From an uncultured Candidatus Saccharibacteria bacterium (GTDB lineage Bacteria > Patescibacteriota > Minisyncoccia > UBA6257 > UBA9933): 59,253 bases of DNA. Of this stretch, positions 18,285 through 27,616 are shown piece after piece (position 1 is the first letter of the stretch; each line of letters begins with the position of its first letter). The DNA lies in the NCBI GenBank assembly GCA_964398445.1, contig CAYNMK010000001.1:1-59253 (forward strand), given 5' to 3'. A program made the position numbers and the translations under genes. The notes beneath the pieces were generated by a model. The model had not been told where the DNA came from. It made no database searches and saw only the letters and a list, made by a program, of their open reading frames with translations.

Positions 18285-18391
18285 ATCACAAATTTTCCAC
18301 ATAATATTAAATTAGTTTATTCATTATTAAGTTGTTAAATTATAGTTTTTTTTAACTTATCAACTTATTAACAATTACTATTAATACTACT

Positions 18392-19507
18392 ATGAAATTA
18401 ATAATACTTAGAAGTAACTTAAAAGAAGGATTGGGAATAATTAGTAAAATTGTAGGAGAAAATTTAAATCTACCAATTTTAAAAAATTTTTTAATAGAAA
18501 CTATTGATAATAAAATAAAATTATCATCTACTAATTTAGAGTTAGCCATTACTAATTTTATTTCAGGTAAAATAATTGAAAACGGCGGCTTAACAGTGCC
18601 AATTAATATTTTTATTTCAATAATTAATAATTTACAAACGGAAAGAATTAATTTAGAAATTAAAGATAATAATTTAATGATTCAAGCTGATAATTATCAA
18701 GCAAAAATTCAGGGAATTAAAAAAGAAGAATTTCCAATTATCCCGAAAATTAATAATAATCAAAATTTTTTAGAAATTTCAACTTCAATATTAAAACAGT
18801 CATTATTATCAATAATTAATGCTGCTCAATTTTCTAATATTCGACCGGAGCTTAATGGTATTTTTTTTGATTTTCAAATTAATTCTTTTAAATTAGCAAC
18901 AACAGATAGTTTTAGATTGGCGGAAAAAACAATTTTTAATAGTCAATTTAAAGCTAATTTTAATAAACAATTTAAGGTAATTATTCCGTTAAAAACTATT
19001 CAAGAAGTTGTCAGGGTAATGAAAGAAGATAATGACAAAACTTTAATTTATTTTGACCTTAATCAAGTTCTTTTTAAAAATAATGGATTAGAAATTATTT
19101 CCAGATTAATTAATGGAGATTTTCCAGATTATCAGGCAATCATCCCAAAATTAATTGAAACAGAAATAATTGTTAACAGGGAGCAGTTAATTAATGCCAT
19201 AAAACTTGCCAGCATTTTTATTGACAGGCTTAATGAGATAAAAATAATAATTAAGGATAAGGCAAAAAATATTGAAATTTATTCTTCAGGGCAAGAGGTT
19301 GGGGAAAATAAATATTTAATTCCAGCTAAAATTAATGGATCATCTTTGGATATTATTTTTAATTGGCGCTTTCTTTTGGACGGACTTAAAAATTTAACAT
19401 CTGAAGATGTTATTTTAGAATTAAATGGTAATAATAAATCAGCGGTAATTAAGTCGCCAAATGACATTTCTTATTTTTATATTTTGATGCCAATTAAGAG
19501 TAGTTAA
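18392..19507 (+). CDS. dnaN: DNA polymerase III beta sliding clamp
   Basis: 371 aa, downstream of dnaA, with a typical start (MKLIILRSNL.. L...V) and three-domain length. Confidence 0.9.
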   Translation: MKLIILRSNLKEGLGIISKIVGENLNLPILKNFLIETIDNKIKLSSTNLELAITNFISGKIIENGGLTVPINIFISIINNLQTERINLEIKDNNLMIQADNYQAKIQGIKKEEFPIIPKINNNQNFLEISTSILKQSLLSIINAAQFSNIRPELNGIFFDFQINSFKLATTDSFRLAEKTIFNSQFKANFNKQFKVIIPLKTIQEVVRVMKEDNDKTLIYFDLNQVLFKNNGLEIISRLINGDFPDYQAIIPKLIETEIIVNREQLINAIKLASIFIDRLNEIKIIIKDKAKNIEIYSSGQEVGENKYLIPAKINGSSLDIIFNWRFLLDGLKNLTSEDVILELNGNNKSAVIKSPNDISYFYILMPIKSS

Positions 19508-19529
19508 AAAAATTGCGCATACTTGATGT

Positions 19530-21710
19530 TTATGGAATAGATTCAATTAAGAAAGTATCTTCTTGCACATTGTTTATGTAATAAGTATTGTTTAATTTTA
19601 ATTTATTATATTGTTTAAAGTTTGGGATATTTTCTTTAGCCCATAATAAAATTGGTTTCTCCCAATTTTTAAATTGAGAATCTTTTTTGGGATTTTGTGG
19701 TTTTGGGCCCATTGGATTATTTCTATCTACATAGTAAAGAATGTTGTGAATTTTATGAAAAATTTCATTCTGGAATTTATAACTTACAATATATTCTCCA
19801 TTTAACATTGGCTTAGTTTGAAATATTGGTTTTGGTCTATTAAATAATTCAAATGGCTGGTTAATAAGCGCTTCGTTTAAAAAATTGTGCCAAATTGGAA
19901 CTGCGGCTAAAATACTTCCTGCTTGCGCCTCCATTGGTTGATTATTATTGTTGCCAACCCAGATTCCAACGGTTAAAGATGGTGTATAGCCAATGGCCCA
20001 TGCATCTCTATGGTCATCACTGGTCCCTGTTTTAATTGCCACTTCTCTATTGGGGAAAACAGTTAAATCAAAACTTCTTCCCTGAAAAAGCCCCCTTCTG
20101 GCTTCTTGGTCAGAAAGAATATCATTAATTAATTTAGCAAATTGAGGGTTAATTACTCTTGTTGATTGGGTTGTGTGTTTTTCTAATATCGTTCCTGTTG
20201 AGTCTTCTATTTTTAAAATTAAAGATTGCTGGCGCTTAATTCCTTCTTGGCTAAGAACTGAATAAGCGCCAACTATTTCAATTAGTTTTACTTCGCCGCC
20301 GCCTAAAGCCAAAGAAAGCCCATATCTATCAGGATCTTTTATGGTGGCAATTCCAAAGTCTTGAGCGATTTTTATAGTGTTATTAATGCCAGCAAGATAA
20401 AGCGCTTTTACTGCAGGAATATTAATTGACTGGGCTAATGATTGACGGAAATTTACTGGCCCGCGAAATTTATTATCAAAATTTCTTGGTCGATAGCTTT
20501 CGTCTGGATTATTAGTGGTGTTAAATTCGGTTGGCAAATCAAAAACAATAGTTTCTGGTGAATAACCTTTTTTAAAGGCTGCAATATATACAAATGGCTT
20601 AAATGCCGAACCCGGCTGTCTTAGTCCGTGACTAGCGACATTAAATTTCCCTTCATTTTCAATATCAAAATAATCACGGGAGCCAACTAGGGCAAGGATT
20701 TGCCCTGTGTTAGCGTCTTGCGCAACCAAAGCCGCGTTTTTTCCATTATATAATCTTTCATTTCTTTCAGCTCCTTCCCTGATGACTCGTTCTGCAATTT
20801 CTTGAAGCGACCAGTCTAGTGTTGTGGTTATCCTGAGTCCTCCTTTTTTTATTGTTTCTTTTCCGTATTTATTATTTAAATATTCTTTTACTTTTCTTAC
20901 AAAATGAGGCGCTTTTATTGAACCTAGATTTGGCGGCGCAAATACTACCTCTCTATTTTGATTGCGGATTTTTTCTTCTTTATCAATAAATCCTAGCTCA
21001 AACATTGTATTTAAAATATTATTTTTTCGACTTTTTAATTCATCGACGCGAGTGCCCCACGGAGAGTAATAAGATGGCGCTTGCGGAAGGGCGGCTAAAA
21101 TAACTGATTGGTATAATTTTAATTCTCTGGCGGGTTTATTAAAAAAAGCTTGACTCGCCGCTTCAATGCCGTAAAGATTAGAGCCATAAGTAATTTGATT
21201 TAAATAAAAACCAAGAATTTCATCTTTTGAATAAGTGTATTCTAACCAAAAAGCTAAAATTAATTCTTTAATTTTTCTATAAAATGTTCTTTCGGGAGTT
21301 AAAAAAGCATTTTTGGCTAATTGTTGTGTAATAGTTGAACCGCCTTGAACTATTCTTCCTTCGCGAATATTAACAAATAATGCCCTAATTATTGATCGCC
21401 AACTAAAAGCCGGATGAGTATAAAAATTTTGATCTTCAGTGGCAATTGTTGCTAGTTTTACATATTTTGGAATTTCCTCAAAAGGAATAATGGTTCTTTT
21501 TTCTTGACCGTGAACTTCATAAAGTAGTATTTCGCCTGTTCGATCATAAATTCTAGTTGATTGAGCGATTTGTAGGCCGACGAATTGTTCTGGACTTGGA
21601 AGTTCTTTGGCTATTTTGGCTAGCATTGTTAGTCCTGCAAGAAACAAGCTAAAAGCTATTAAAAAAAGTAAGCCGACAATTTTAAGTAATAATTTTTTAT
21701 TTTTTTTCAT
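19530..21710 (-). CDS. class A penicillin-binding protein (transglycosylase/transpeptidase)
   Basis: 726 aa. N-terminal TM helix, GT51 motifs (EDQNFYTHPAF, GGSTITQQL), and transpeptidase motifs SAFKP (SxxK) and KTGTS. Confidence 0.9.
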   Translation of the reverse strand: MKKNKKLLLKIVGLLFLIAFSLFLAGLTMLAKIAKELPSPEQFVGLQIAQSTRIYDRTGEILLYEVHGQEKRTIIPFEEIPKYVKLATIATEDQNFYTHPAFSWRSIIRALFVNIREGRIVQGGSTITQQLAKNAFLTPERTFYRKIKELILAFWLEYTYSKDEILGFYLNQITYGSNLYGIEAASQAFFNKPARELKLYQSVILAALPQAPSYYSPWGTRVDELKSRKNNILNTMFELGFIDKEEKIRNQNREVVFAPPNLGSIKAPHFVRKVKEYLNNKYGKETIKKGGLRITTTLDWSLQEIAERVIREGAERNERLYNGKNAALVAQDANTGQILALVGSRDYFDIENEGKFNVASHGLRQPGSAFKPFVYIAAFKKGYSPETIVFDLPTEFNTTNNPDESYRPRNFDNKFRGPVNFRQSLAQSINIPAVKALYLAGINNTIKIAQDFGIATIKDPDRYGLSLALGGGEVKLIEIVGAYSVLSQEGIKRQQSLILKIEDSTGTILEKHTTQSTRVINPQFAKLINDILSDQEARRGLFQGRSFDLTVFPNREVAIKTGTSDDHRDAWAIGYTPSLTVGIWVGNNNNQPMEAQAGSILAAVPIWHNFLNEALINQPFELFNRPKPIFQTKPMLNGEYIVSYKFQNEIFHKIHNILYYVDRNNPMGPKPQNPKKDSQFKNWEKPILLWAKENIPNFKQYNKLKLNNTYYINNVQEDTFLIESIP

Positions 21711-21762
21711 GGTATTACATATAATATGTTTTGAGTATTAAAATTTAGCTATTAATATTTAG

Positions 21763-22251
21763 TTATTTGGCGCTTAGAATTTGAAATTTATAATTATTAG
21801 CTGCTGTCAGGGCAATTGCTAGGGCATCGCTAACGTCATCTGGTCCGCTGATTTTATTAATTTTTAAAATTTTAGCTGTCATTTTGGCAACAGTTTTTTT
21901 GCTAGCTGAACCATATCCAGTAACATTTAATTTAATTTCTGATGGCGCGTATTCTAATAAAGATATTTTATGTTGGGCAGTAAGCAGTATTAATACCCCG
22001 CGCGACTGAGCCACTTCTAATCCTGTTTTTAGGTTTTTAGCGAAATAAATTTTTTCTAGGGCAATAATGTCAGGTTTATGTTTTTTAAGTAATCTTTTAA
22101 AAGATTTTTCTAATTCTAAAAGTCGTTCGCATTTATTTTTAGAAGTAATGTTTAAGAGGCCACTTTCAACAAAGAGAAATTGATTTTCTTTGTTTTTAAT
22201 TAATCCGTAGCCTATTTTGACGCTACCGGGGTCAATACCAAGAATTAACAT
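21763..22251 (-). CDS. ruvC: crossover junction endodeoxyribonuclease RuvC
   Basis: 162 aa with the ILGIDPGS..GYG N-terminal catalytic motif and a typical length. Confidence 0.85.
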   Translation of the reverse strand: MLILGIDPGSVKIGYGLIKNKENQFLFVESGLLNITSKNKCERLLELEKSFKRLLKKHKPDIIALEKIYFAKNLKTGLEVAQSRGVLILLTAQHKISLLEYAPSEIKLNVTGYGSASKKTVAKMTAKILKINKISGPDDVSDALAIALTAANNYKFQILSAK

Positions 22252-22458
22252 GATTATTTATCATAATAATAAATTATATTATATTAACATAATAACACAT
22301 ATTTTAATTATTTGCCAATTAAAATGATGATTTGCATTTTATTAGTTTAATAGGGTGGTGTATAATAAATTATAAGAAATTTGAGCATTGCCTATACTAT
22401 GGTTATAGAATTTAGGATTTAATAAAATAAGTTTTTTATAATATTTAAAGAATAATAT

Positions 22459-24123
22459 ATGACAAAAACCATTGAAGAAAAATTAATCCAAATGAAGCAA
22501 GAGGCTGAAGAAAGAGCGGCTCAACGTCAGGCTAAAAAAAGCGATTGTCAATATGTGAATTTGACTACTGTTTCAATTAATATTCAGACATTAGGGATAA
22601 TTTCTGAAGAAATAGCTAAAAAATCAAAAGTTGCGGTAATTAAAATTGAAAGAAAAAAAATAGCTTTAGCGGTTTTTGACCCGCGTACTTCCGATGTAAA
22701 AAATTTAATTAAGGATTTGGAGTTGCAAGGGTATCAAGTTTTAGTTTTTGTCGCTTCTTTAAGTGGATTAAAATATGTCTGGGATTTTTATAAATTTGTT
22801 TTTAAAGAACAGGGACAAATTACTGGTCGAATAGAAATAGAAGAAAAAAAATTAATCAGACTTAAAAGCGCTCTTATCTCATTAAAAAGCATACAGAGAT
22901 TACTTTTGGAAATAATTAAAAAAAATGCGAAAACAGCTGAAATTTTTGAAATTATTTTAGCTGGCGCCTTAGCTAATCGGGCTTCAGATATTCACTTTGA
23001 GCCGGAAGAGCATCAAATAAAATTGCGCTTAAGAATTGATGGTTTGCTTTATAATGTTTTTAGTGAGTTTAAAAAGGGTGATTATTTATATTTAATTTCA
23101 CGGATTAAGCTGTTGTCTCGGCTGAAATTAAATATTCACAATGAACCTCAAGACGGTCGTTTTACTATTGCTCTCTCTGGAGGGGACATTGAAATTAGAA
23201 CATCTATTCTTCCTTCGGAATTTGGCGAAACTATTGTTTTAAGAATTCTTGATCCAAAAGCTATTCAAGTGGGTCTTTCAGAGTTGGGTTTTAGAAAAGA
23301 TGATTTAGAAATTATTGAAAAAGAATTAAGCAGGCCCAACGGGATGATTCTTAATACTGGTCCAACTGGTTCTGGTAAAACCACTGCGTTGTATTCTTTT
23401 TTGAGGAGTATTCAAAAATCGGAAATTAAAACGATTACGATTGAAGATCCGATTGAATATCATCTTGAAGGGGTTGAGCAAACACAAGTTAATCCTGGCG
23501 TTGGCTATACATTTGCTAGTGGTTTGCGTTCTATTTTACGTCAAGACCCCGATATGATTTTGGTTGGTGAAATTCGTGACATAGAAACTGCTGAAATTGC
23601 TATGCATGCGGCTTTGACTGGTCATTTGGTTTTTTCTACTCTTCATACCAACCAGGCTTCTGGCGCCATTCCAAGATTAATTGATATAGGCGCTAAGCCG
23701 TCAATTATTGCGCCAGCTCTTAATTTAATTATTGCTCAACGGTTAATAAGGCGACTTTGCCAATATTGTAAGCTTCCTCAAAAAATTAATTTTGAGATAG
23801 AAAAAAAAATTAAGAATTTTATAAGGAAATTGCCAGCTCGAGTTTTTCAGGGTCAACATCAAGAGATTAAACTTTTTCAAGCTAATGGCTGCGAAAAATG
23901 CAATGGGCTTGGATATAAAGGAAGAATCGGGATTTTTGAACTTCTTTTGATTGATAAAGAGCTTGAAAAAGTCATAGCTATGGCGGTGGTTGGCGCTGAA
24001 ATTAAAAAAATTGCCATTGCCAACGATATGGTTACAATACAACAAGATGGAATTTTAAAAGCTATTTTAGGGTTAACTATGCTGGACGAAGTTGAAAGGA
24101 TTACAGGCCCGCTTGAATTTTAA
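22459..24123 (+). CDS. pilB: GspE/PilB-family secretion ATPase (type IV pilus assembly ATPase-like)
   Basis: 554 aa. Walker A GPTGSGKTT, Asp box ITIEDPIE, Walker B ILVGEIRD, His box LVFSTLHTN and tetracysteine CQYC..CEKC. Confidence 0.85.
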   Translation: MTKTIEEKLIQMKQEAEERAAQRQAKKSDCQYVNLTTVSINIQTLGIISEEIAKKSKVAVIKIERKKIALAVFDPRTSDVKNLIKDLELQGYQVLVFVASLSGLKYVWDFYKFVFKEQGQITGRIEIEEKKLIRLKSALISLKSIQRLLLEIIKKNAKTAEIFEIILAGALANRASDIHFEPEEHQIKLRLRIDGLLYNVFSEFKKGDYLYLISRIKLLSRLKLNIHNEPQDGRFTIALSGGDIEIRTSILPSEFGETIVLRILDPKAIQVGLSELGFRKDDLEIIEKELSRPNGMILNTGPTGSGKTTALYSFLRSIQKSEIKTITIEDPIEYHLEGVEQTQVNPGVGYTFASGLRSILRQDPDMILVGEIRDIETAEIAMHAALTGHLVFSTLHTNQASGAIPRLIDIGAKPSIIAPALNLIIAQRLIRRLCQYCKLPQKINFEIEKKIKNFIRKLPARVFQGQHQEIKLFQANGCEKCNGLGYKGRIGIFELLLIDKELEKVIAMAVVGAEIKKIAIANDMVTIQQDGILKAILGLTMLDEVERITGPLEF

Positions 24124-24178
24124 TAAATAAATTTTAAATATAAAAAAATACTGCTCTATGGGCACTGCAAAATACTAT

Positions 24179-24200
24179 TCTTCTTTAAATAAGAAGATTT
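24179..24200 (+). terminator. weak intrinsic terminator candidate after pilB
   Basis: TCTTCTT-taaat-AAGAAGA (24179-24197) followed by TTT. The stem is AT-rich. Confidence 0.3.
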
Positions 24201-24386
24201 AAAATTTTTCAAAGGAGTAGTCCAGTCGGAACCAGGCTGTCCATAATTAAAAAAATTCTATATTATTTTACCCATAGAGCAATAGTTTCTTATAGTGTAA
24301 TATTTACAAAAAATATTAACATAAAATAATTTATTTGTCAAATTTTATTTAAGAAAAATAATCAATGCCTTAATAAGGTAGTATAT

Positions 24387-25373
24387 ATGTTTAAAAAAAC
24401 AACAACAAAAAAAAATAACCAAGAAGATCAATCTGTAGACTTAATGCTTAGGCCAAATTCTTGGCAGGATTACATAGGGCAAGAACGGACAAAAAATGGG
24501 TTAAAAATTATTTTAACAGCTGCTAAAAAAAGAAATGAAGCAAGTGATCATTTGTTATTTTATGGCCAAACTGGATTAGGCAAGACTACTTTAGCTAATT
24601 TAATTGCTAAAGAAATGGGCGCTAATTTAAGGGTAACCTCTGGTCCAGTCTTGGAAAAAATTGGAGACATTGTGGCTATTCTTTCTAATTTAGAAAAAGG
24701 GGATATTCTTTTTATTGATGAGGCGCATCGGATTAATCGTATGATTGAAGAAGCGCTTTATCCCGCGATGGAGAGCAGGAAAATTAATATTATAATTGGC
24801 AAGGGGCCTGCTAGCAGGACAATTTGTTTAGACTTACCTCCTTTTACCTTAGTTGCCGCTACTACAAGGCCAAATCTTTTATCTTCTCCTTTGCGTTCTC
24901 GTTTTGGCGCCACTTTTCGTCTTGATTATTACGAAGTTAAAGATATAGAAATTATCATTAAACATTCAGCTCAGATTTTAGGAATAAAAATTGATTCAAT
25001 GGCAATTTTTATACTTGCTAGAGCTTCTCGTTTTACTCCAAGAATTGCCAATCGCCTACTTAAGCGCAGCAGAGATTTTGCTGAAATAAATGATTCAAAA
25101 TTTATTGATTCTGAAATTGCCAACAAAACGTTGAGTCTTTTAGAGATTGATGAATTGGGATTGGAGGCTACGGATCGCCAGCTTTTGGAAGTTGTCATTA
25201 AGAAATTTAATAATGGTCCGGTTGGAATAAATAATTTATCTGTTGCGCTGGGCGAGGATAGTGGAACAATTGAAGAGGTTCTTGAGCCATATTTAATAAA
25301 AATAGGAATGCTTCAAAGAACTTCAGGAGGCAGGGTTGTGACTGAAAAAGCCCGTAAGCATTTAAACATATAA
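24387..25373 (+). CDS. ruvB: Holliday junction branch migration helicase RuvB
   Basis: 328 aa. LRP..W..YIGQE, Walker A GQTGLGKTT and Walker B LFIDEAHR. Confidence 0.95.
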   Translation: MFKKTTTKKNNQEDQSVDLMLRPNSWQDYIGQERTKNGLKIILTAAKKRNEASDHLLFYGQTGLGKTTLANLIAKEMGANLRVTSGPVLEKIGDIVAILSNLEKGDILFIDEAHRINRMIEEALYPAMESRKINIIIGKGPASRTICLDLPPFTLVAATTRPNLLSSPLRSRFGATFRLDYYEVKDIEIIIKHSAQILGIKIDSMAIFILARASRFTPRIANRLLKRSRDFAEINDSKFIDSEIANKTLSLLEIDELGLEATDRQLLEVVIKKFNNGPVGINNLSVALGEDSGTIEEVLEPYLIKIGMLQRTSGGRVVTEKARKHLNI

Positions 25374-25383
25374 AAATTAGAAA

Positions 25384-25878
25384 ATGATTATAATTCAAGA
25401 ATTTCTTCCTAATCCTACTGGTAAAGATACTAAGGGCGAGTGGATAAAATTATTTAACAGTGGCAATAAAGAAGTTAATCTTGTTAATTGGCAAATAAAA
25501 GACGCCTCAGGAAAAACTTTTGTTTTTGATTCGTTTAATTTTGGGCCGAACGAATTTTTAATTCTTGATCATCAATCTACTAAAATATTTTTAAATAATA
25601 ATGGCGAAACTATATTTCTTTTTGATGAAAATAATAATTTAATTGATCAGTTGGGATTTTCCTGGATGGCTACTAATGATGAAATTATCACAAAAAATGC
25701 AATATTAAAAGGTTCGGATATTGGTTTAGTTCAAAATCAGGCTGAAATTTTTCCAATAATTAATCCCTCAAGTCAATCCGTATCTAATTTTGATTTTTTA
25801 TTAATTGGCTTGGCAATTTGTTTAGTTTTATCGTTTTTATTTATGGTAATTATTAAGCACGTAAGACATAAAGAGTGA
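25384..25878 (+). CDS. lamin-tail-domain (LTD) protein with C-terminal TM anchor
   Basis: 164 aa. LTD-type start IQEFLPNPTGKDTKGEWIKLFNSGNKEVNLVNWQIKD and a C-terminal helix (FDFLLIGLAICLVLSFLFMVII). Confidence 0.6.
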   Translation: MIIIQEFLPNPTGKDTKGEWIKLFNSGNKEVNLVNWQIKDASGKTFVFDSFNFGPNEFLILDHQSTKIFLNNNGETIFLFDENNNLIDQLGFSWMATNDEIITKNAILKGSDIGLVQNQAEIFPIINPSSQSVSNFDFLLIGLAICLVLSFLFMVIIKHVRHKE

Positions 25879-25891
25879 AAATTAAAAATAG

Positions 25892-26407
25892 ATGATTTTT
25901 TCGGTAATTTATAGTAAATTAATAATAATGAAAGTTCATTTTTTTTCGGATTCAGCTAATCAGACAAAGCGAATTGCCAAATATTTAACCTGGGAAATTC
26001 TAAAAAATAATTTTTGTAAATCACGCAAAACTGCTTTAGTTCTAGCTTTAGTTGGTGATTTGGGTTCTGGCAAAACGACTTTTACTCAGGGATTTTTAAG
26101 GGCTCAGAGAGTTAGCAAAAGAATTACTAGTCCTACATTTGTTATAATGAAAAGATTTGAGATTTGTGAAAATTCTGATTTAAATTTATGTAAATTTACA
26201 AACATTTATCATATTGATTGCTACCGAATTCATAAGTCAAGCGAGTTATTAAAATTAGGATTTAAAGAAATTATTAATAATTCTCAAAACATTATTTTAA
26301 TTGAATGGGCGGATAAAATAAAAAGGATATTATCTAAAAATATGGTTTATATAAAGTTTGGGCATGGAAATAAAATTAATCAACGCCTTATTGATGTAAA
26401 ATTCTAA
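25892..26407 (+). CDS. tsaE: tRNA t6A37 biosynthesis ATPase TsaE
   Basis: 171 aa. Walker A GDLGSGKTTF, SPTF motif and HIDCYR motif. An alternative start ATG at 25928 is possible. Confidence 0.8.
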   Translation: MIFSVIYSKLIIMKVHFFSDSANQTKRIAKYLTWEILKNNFCKSRKTALVLALVGDLGSGKTTFTQGFLRAQRVSKRITSPTFVIMKRFEICENSDLNLCKFTNIYHIDCYRIHKSSELLKLGFKEIINNSQNIILIEWADKIKRILSKNMVYIKFGHGNKINQRLIDVKF

Positions 26408-26454
26408 ACTAATTTTCAATTTTCAATAAATGCTTCAATTTTCAATCATTCAAA

Positions 26455-26524
26455 CTCGTTTGAAAATTGGTTCATTGGAAATTCAATGAAAATTAATAAT
26501 TGGAAATTGGAAATTGGAAATTTT
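26455..26524. repeat. GAAAATT/GGAAATT-rich repeat block (left of the exonuclease gene)
   Basis: cgtttgaaaattggttcattggaaattcaatgaaaattaataattggaaattggaaattggaaatt. It shares about 45 nt at about 85% identity with 27498-27549 and ends in 3 tandem GGAAATT units. Confidence 0.7.
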
Positions 26525-26561
26525 AATTTGTCATTTTGATTTTTAATTATTTTTAAATATT

Positions 26562-27434
26562 ATGAAAACATTATTACTCATTGACGCTAACGCCCTAATT
26601 CACCGTTGTTTTCATGCCTTGCCGCTATTTTCAACAAAAGACGGCAAACCAACGGGCGCTATTTACGGCTTATCAAATATTTTAATAAAGATTTTTAAAG
26701 GGCAAGAGTTTGATTTTATAGCAGCTTTTTTTGATAGGCCGGAGCCGACTTTTCGAAAAGAAGCATTTAAGGAATATAAGGCTCATCGGCCAAAAGCGCC
26801 CGATGATTTAATTTCTCAAATAATTGAAGCGCGTGAATTATTCAAAAGTTTTCAGATAAAGACATTTGAATTGCCGGGGTTTGAAGCGGATGACTTGATT
26901 GGAACTTCAGTCGAAAAATTAAAAAAACTTCCTGATTTAAAAATTATTATTTTAACCGGTGACTTAGATATTCTTCAGTTAATTGAAGATGGCAATGACA
27001 AGATTTTAGTTAAAACTTTTAAAAAAGGCATAAGTGATGTGATTATTTATGATGAAGCTGCCGTAAAAGAGCGTTACGGAATTAAGCCTAGTCAGCTTTC
27101 TGATTATAAGGGATTAGTTGGCGATTCTTCGGATAATATTCCTGGTGTGCCGGGAATTGGCCCAAAAACTGCGGCGCCGTTGATTTTTAAATATGGCAGT
27201 TTAGAAAATTTTTTAGAAAGAGGCGGGCGAGAAAAAGCTTATAAGAAGATTTTTGAGTTTCAAGATCAGGCATTGCTTTCGCGGAATTTGTCAATTATTC
27301 GGCGTGATGTCAACTTTGATATAAATATTATTGACTTAAGGTGCCCTAGCTTTCCCAAAAAAGAGATTGTTTCTTATTTTGAAAAGATGGGATTTAAGAG
27401 TTTGGCGGATAGAATTAATATTCTTGAAACATAA
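26562..27434 (+). CDS. 5'-3' exonuclease (Pol I N-terminal/FEN-like, stand-alone)
   Basis: 290 aa. LLLIDANALIHRCFHA and the H3TH motif GDSSDNIPGVPGIGPKTA. No polymerase domain follows. Confidence 0.85.
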   Translation: MKTLLLIDANALIHRCFHALPLFSTKDGKPTGAIYGLSNILIKIFKGQEFDFIAAFFDRPEPTFRKEAFKEYKAHRPKAPDDLISQIIEARELFKSFQIKTFELPGFEADDLIGTSVEKLKKLPDLKIIILTGDLDILQLIEDGNDKILVKTFKKGISDVIIYDEAAVKERYGIKPSQLSDYKGLVGDSSDNIPGVPGIGPKTAAPLIFKYGSLENFLERGGREKAYKKIFEFQDQALLSRNLSIIRRDVNFDINIIDLRCPSFPKKEIVSYFEKMGFKSLADRINILET

Positions 27435-27497
27435 AACATGAAACATGAAACATATTAAAAATTAACATAGACTTAATTTTTAATATTCAAGATTAAT

Positions 27498-27549
27498 CGT
27501 GTTTGAAAATTGATAATTGAAAATTCAATGAAAATTAGAAATTGAAAAC
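27498..27549. repeat. GAAAATT-rich repeat block (right of the exonuclease gene)
   Basis: cgtgtttgaaaattgataattgaaaattcaatgaaaattagaaattgaaaac, a direct repeat of 26455-26510. Four tandem (G/A)AAACAT heptamers at 27426-27453 lie just upstream. Confidence 0.7.
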
Positions 27550-27616
27550 TTACAATTAATTATATCCTAAATTTTGTATTGTATTAACATTTTATTAAGC
27601 TTACAATATGTAAGGT

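Noticed and set aside
24152-24281. An 11-bp inverted repeat (TGCTCTATGGG / CCCATAGAGCA) bracketing 108 nt in the pilB-ruvB spacer. I considered it as a small SRP RNA, another ncRNA or a MITE.
   Set aside because: The interior lacks the conserved SRP domain IV motifs (no GGAA-closed helix with AAGCAG). It is very AT-rich with little further pairing, I saw no target-site duplication, and I found no second copy in the window. It is worth a cmsearch but is not supportable by eye.
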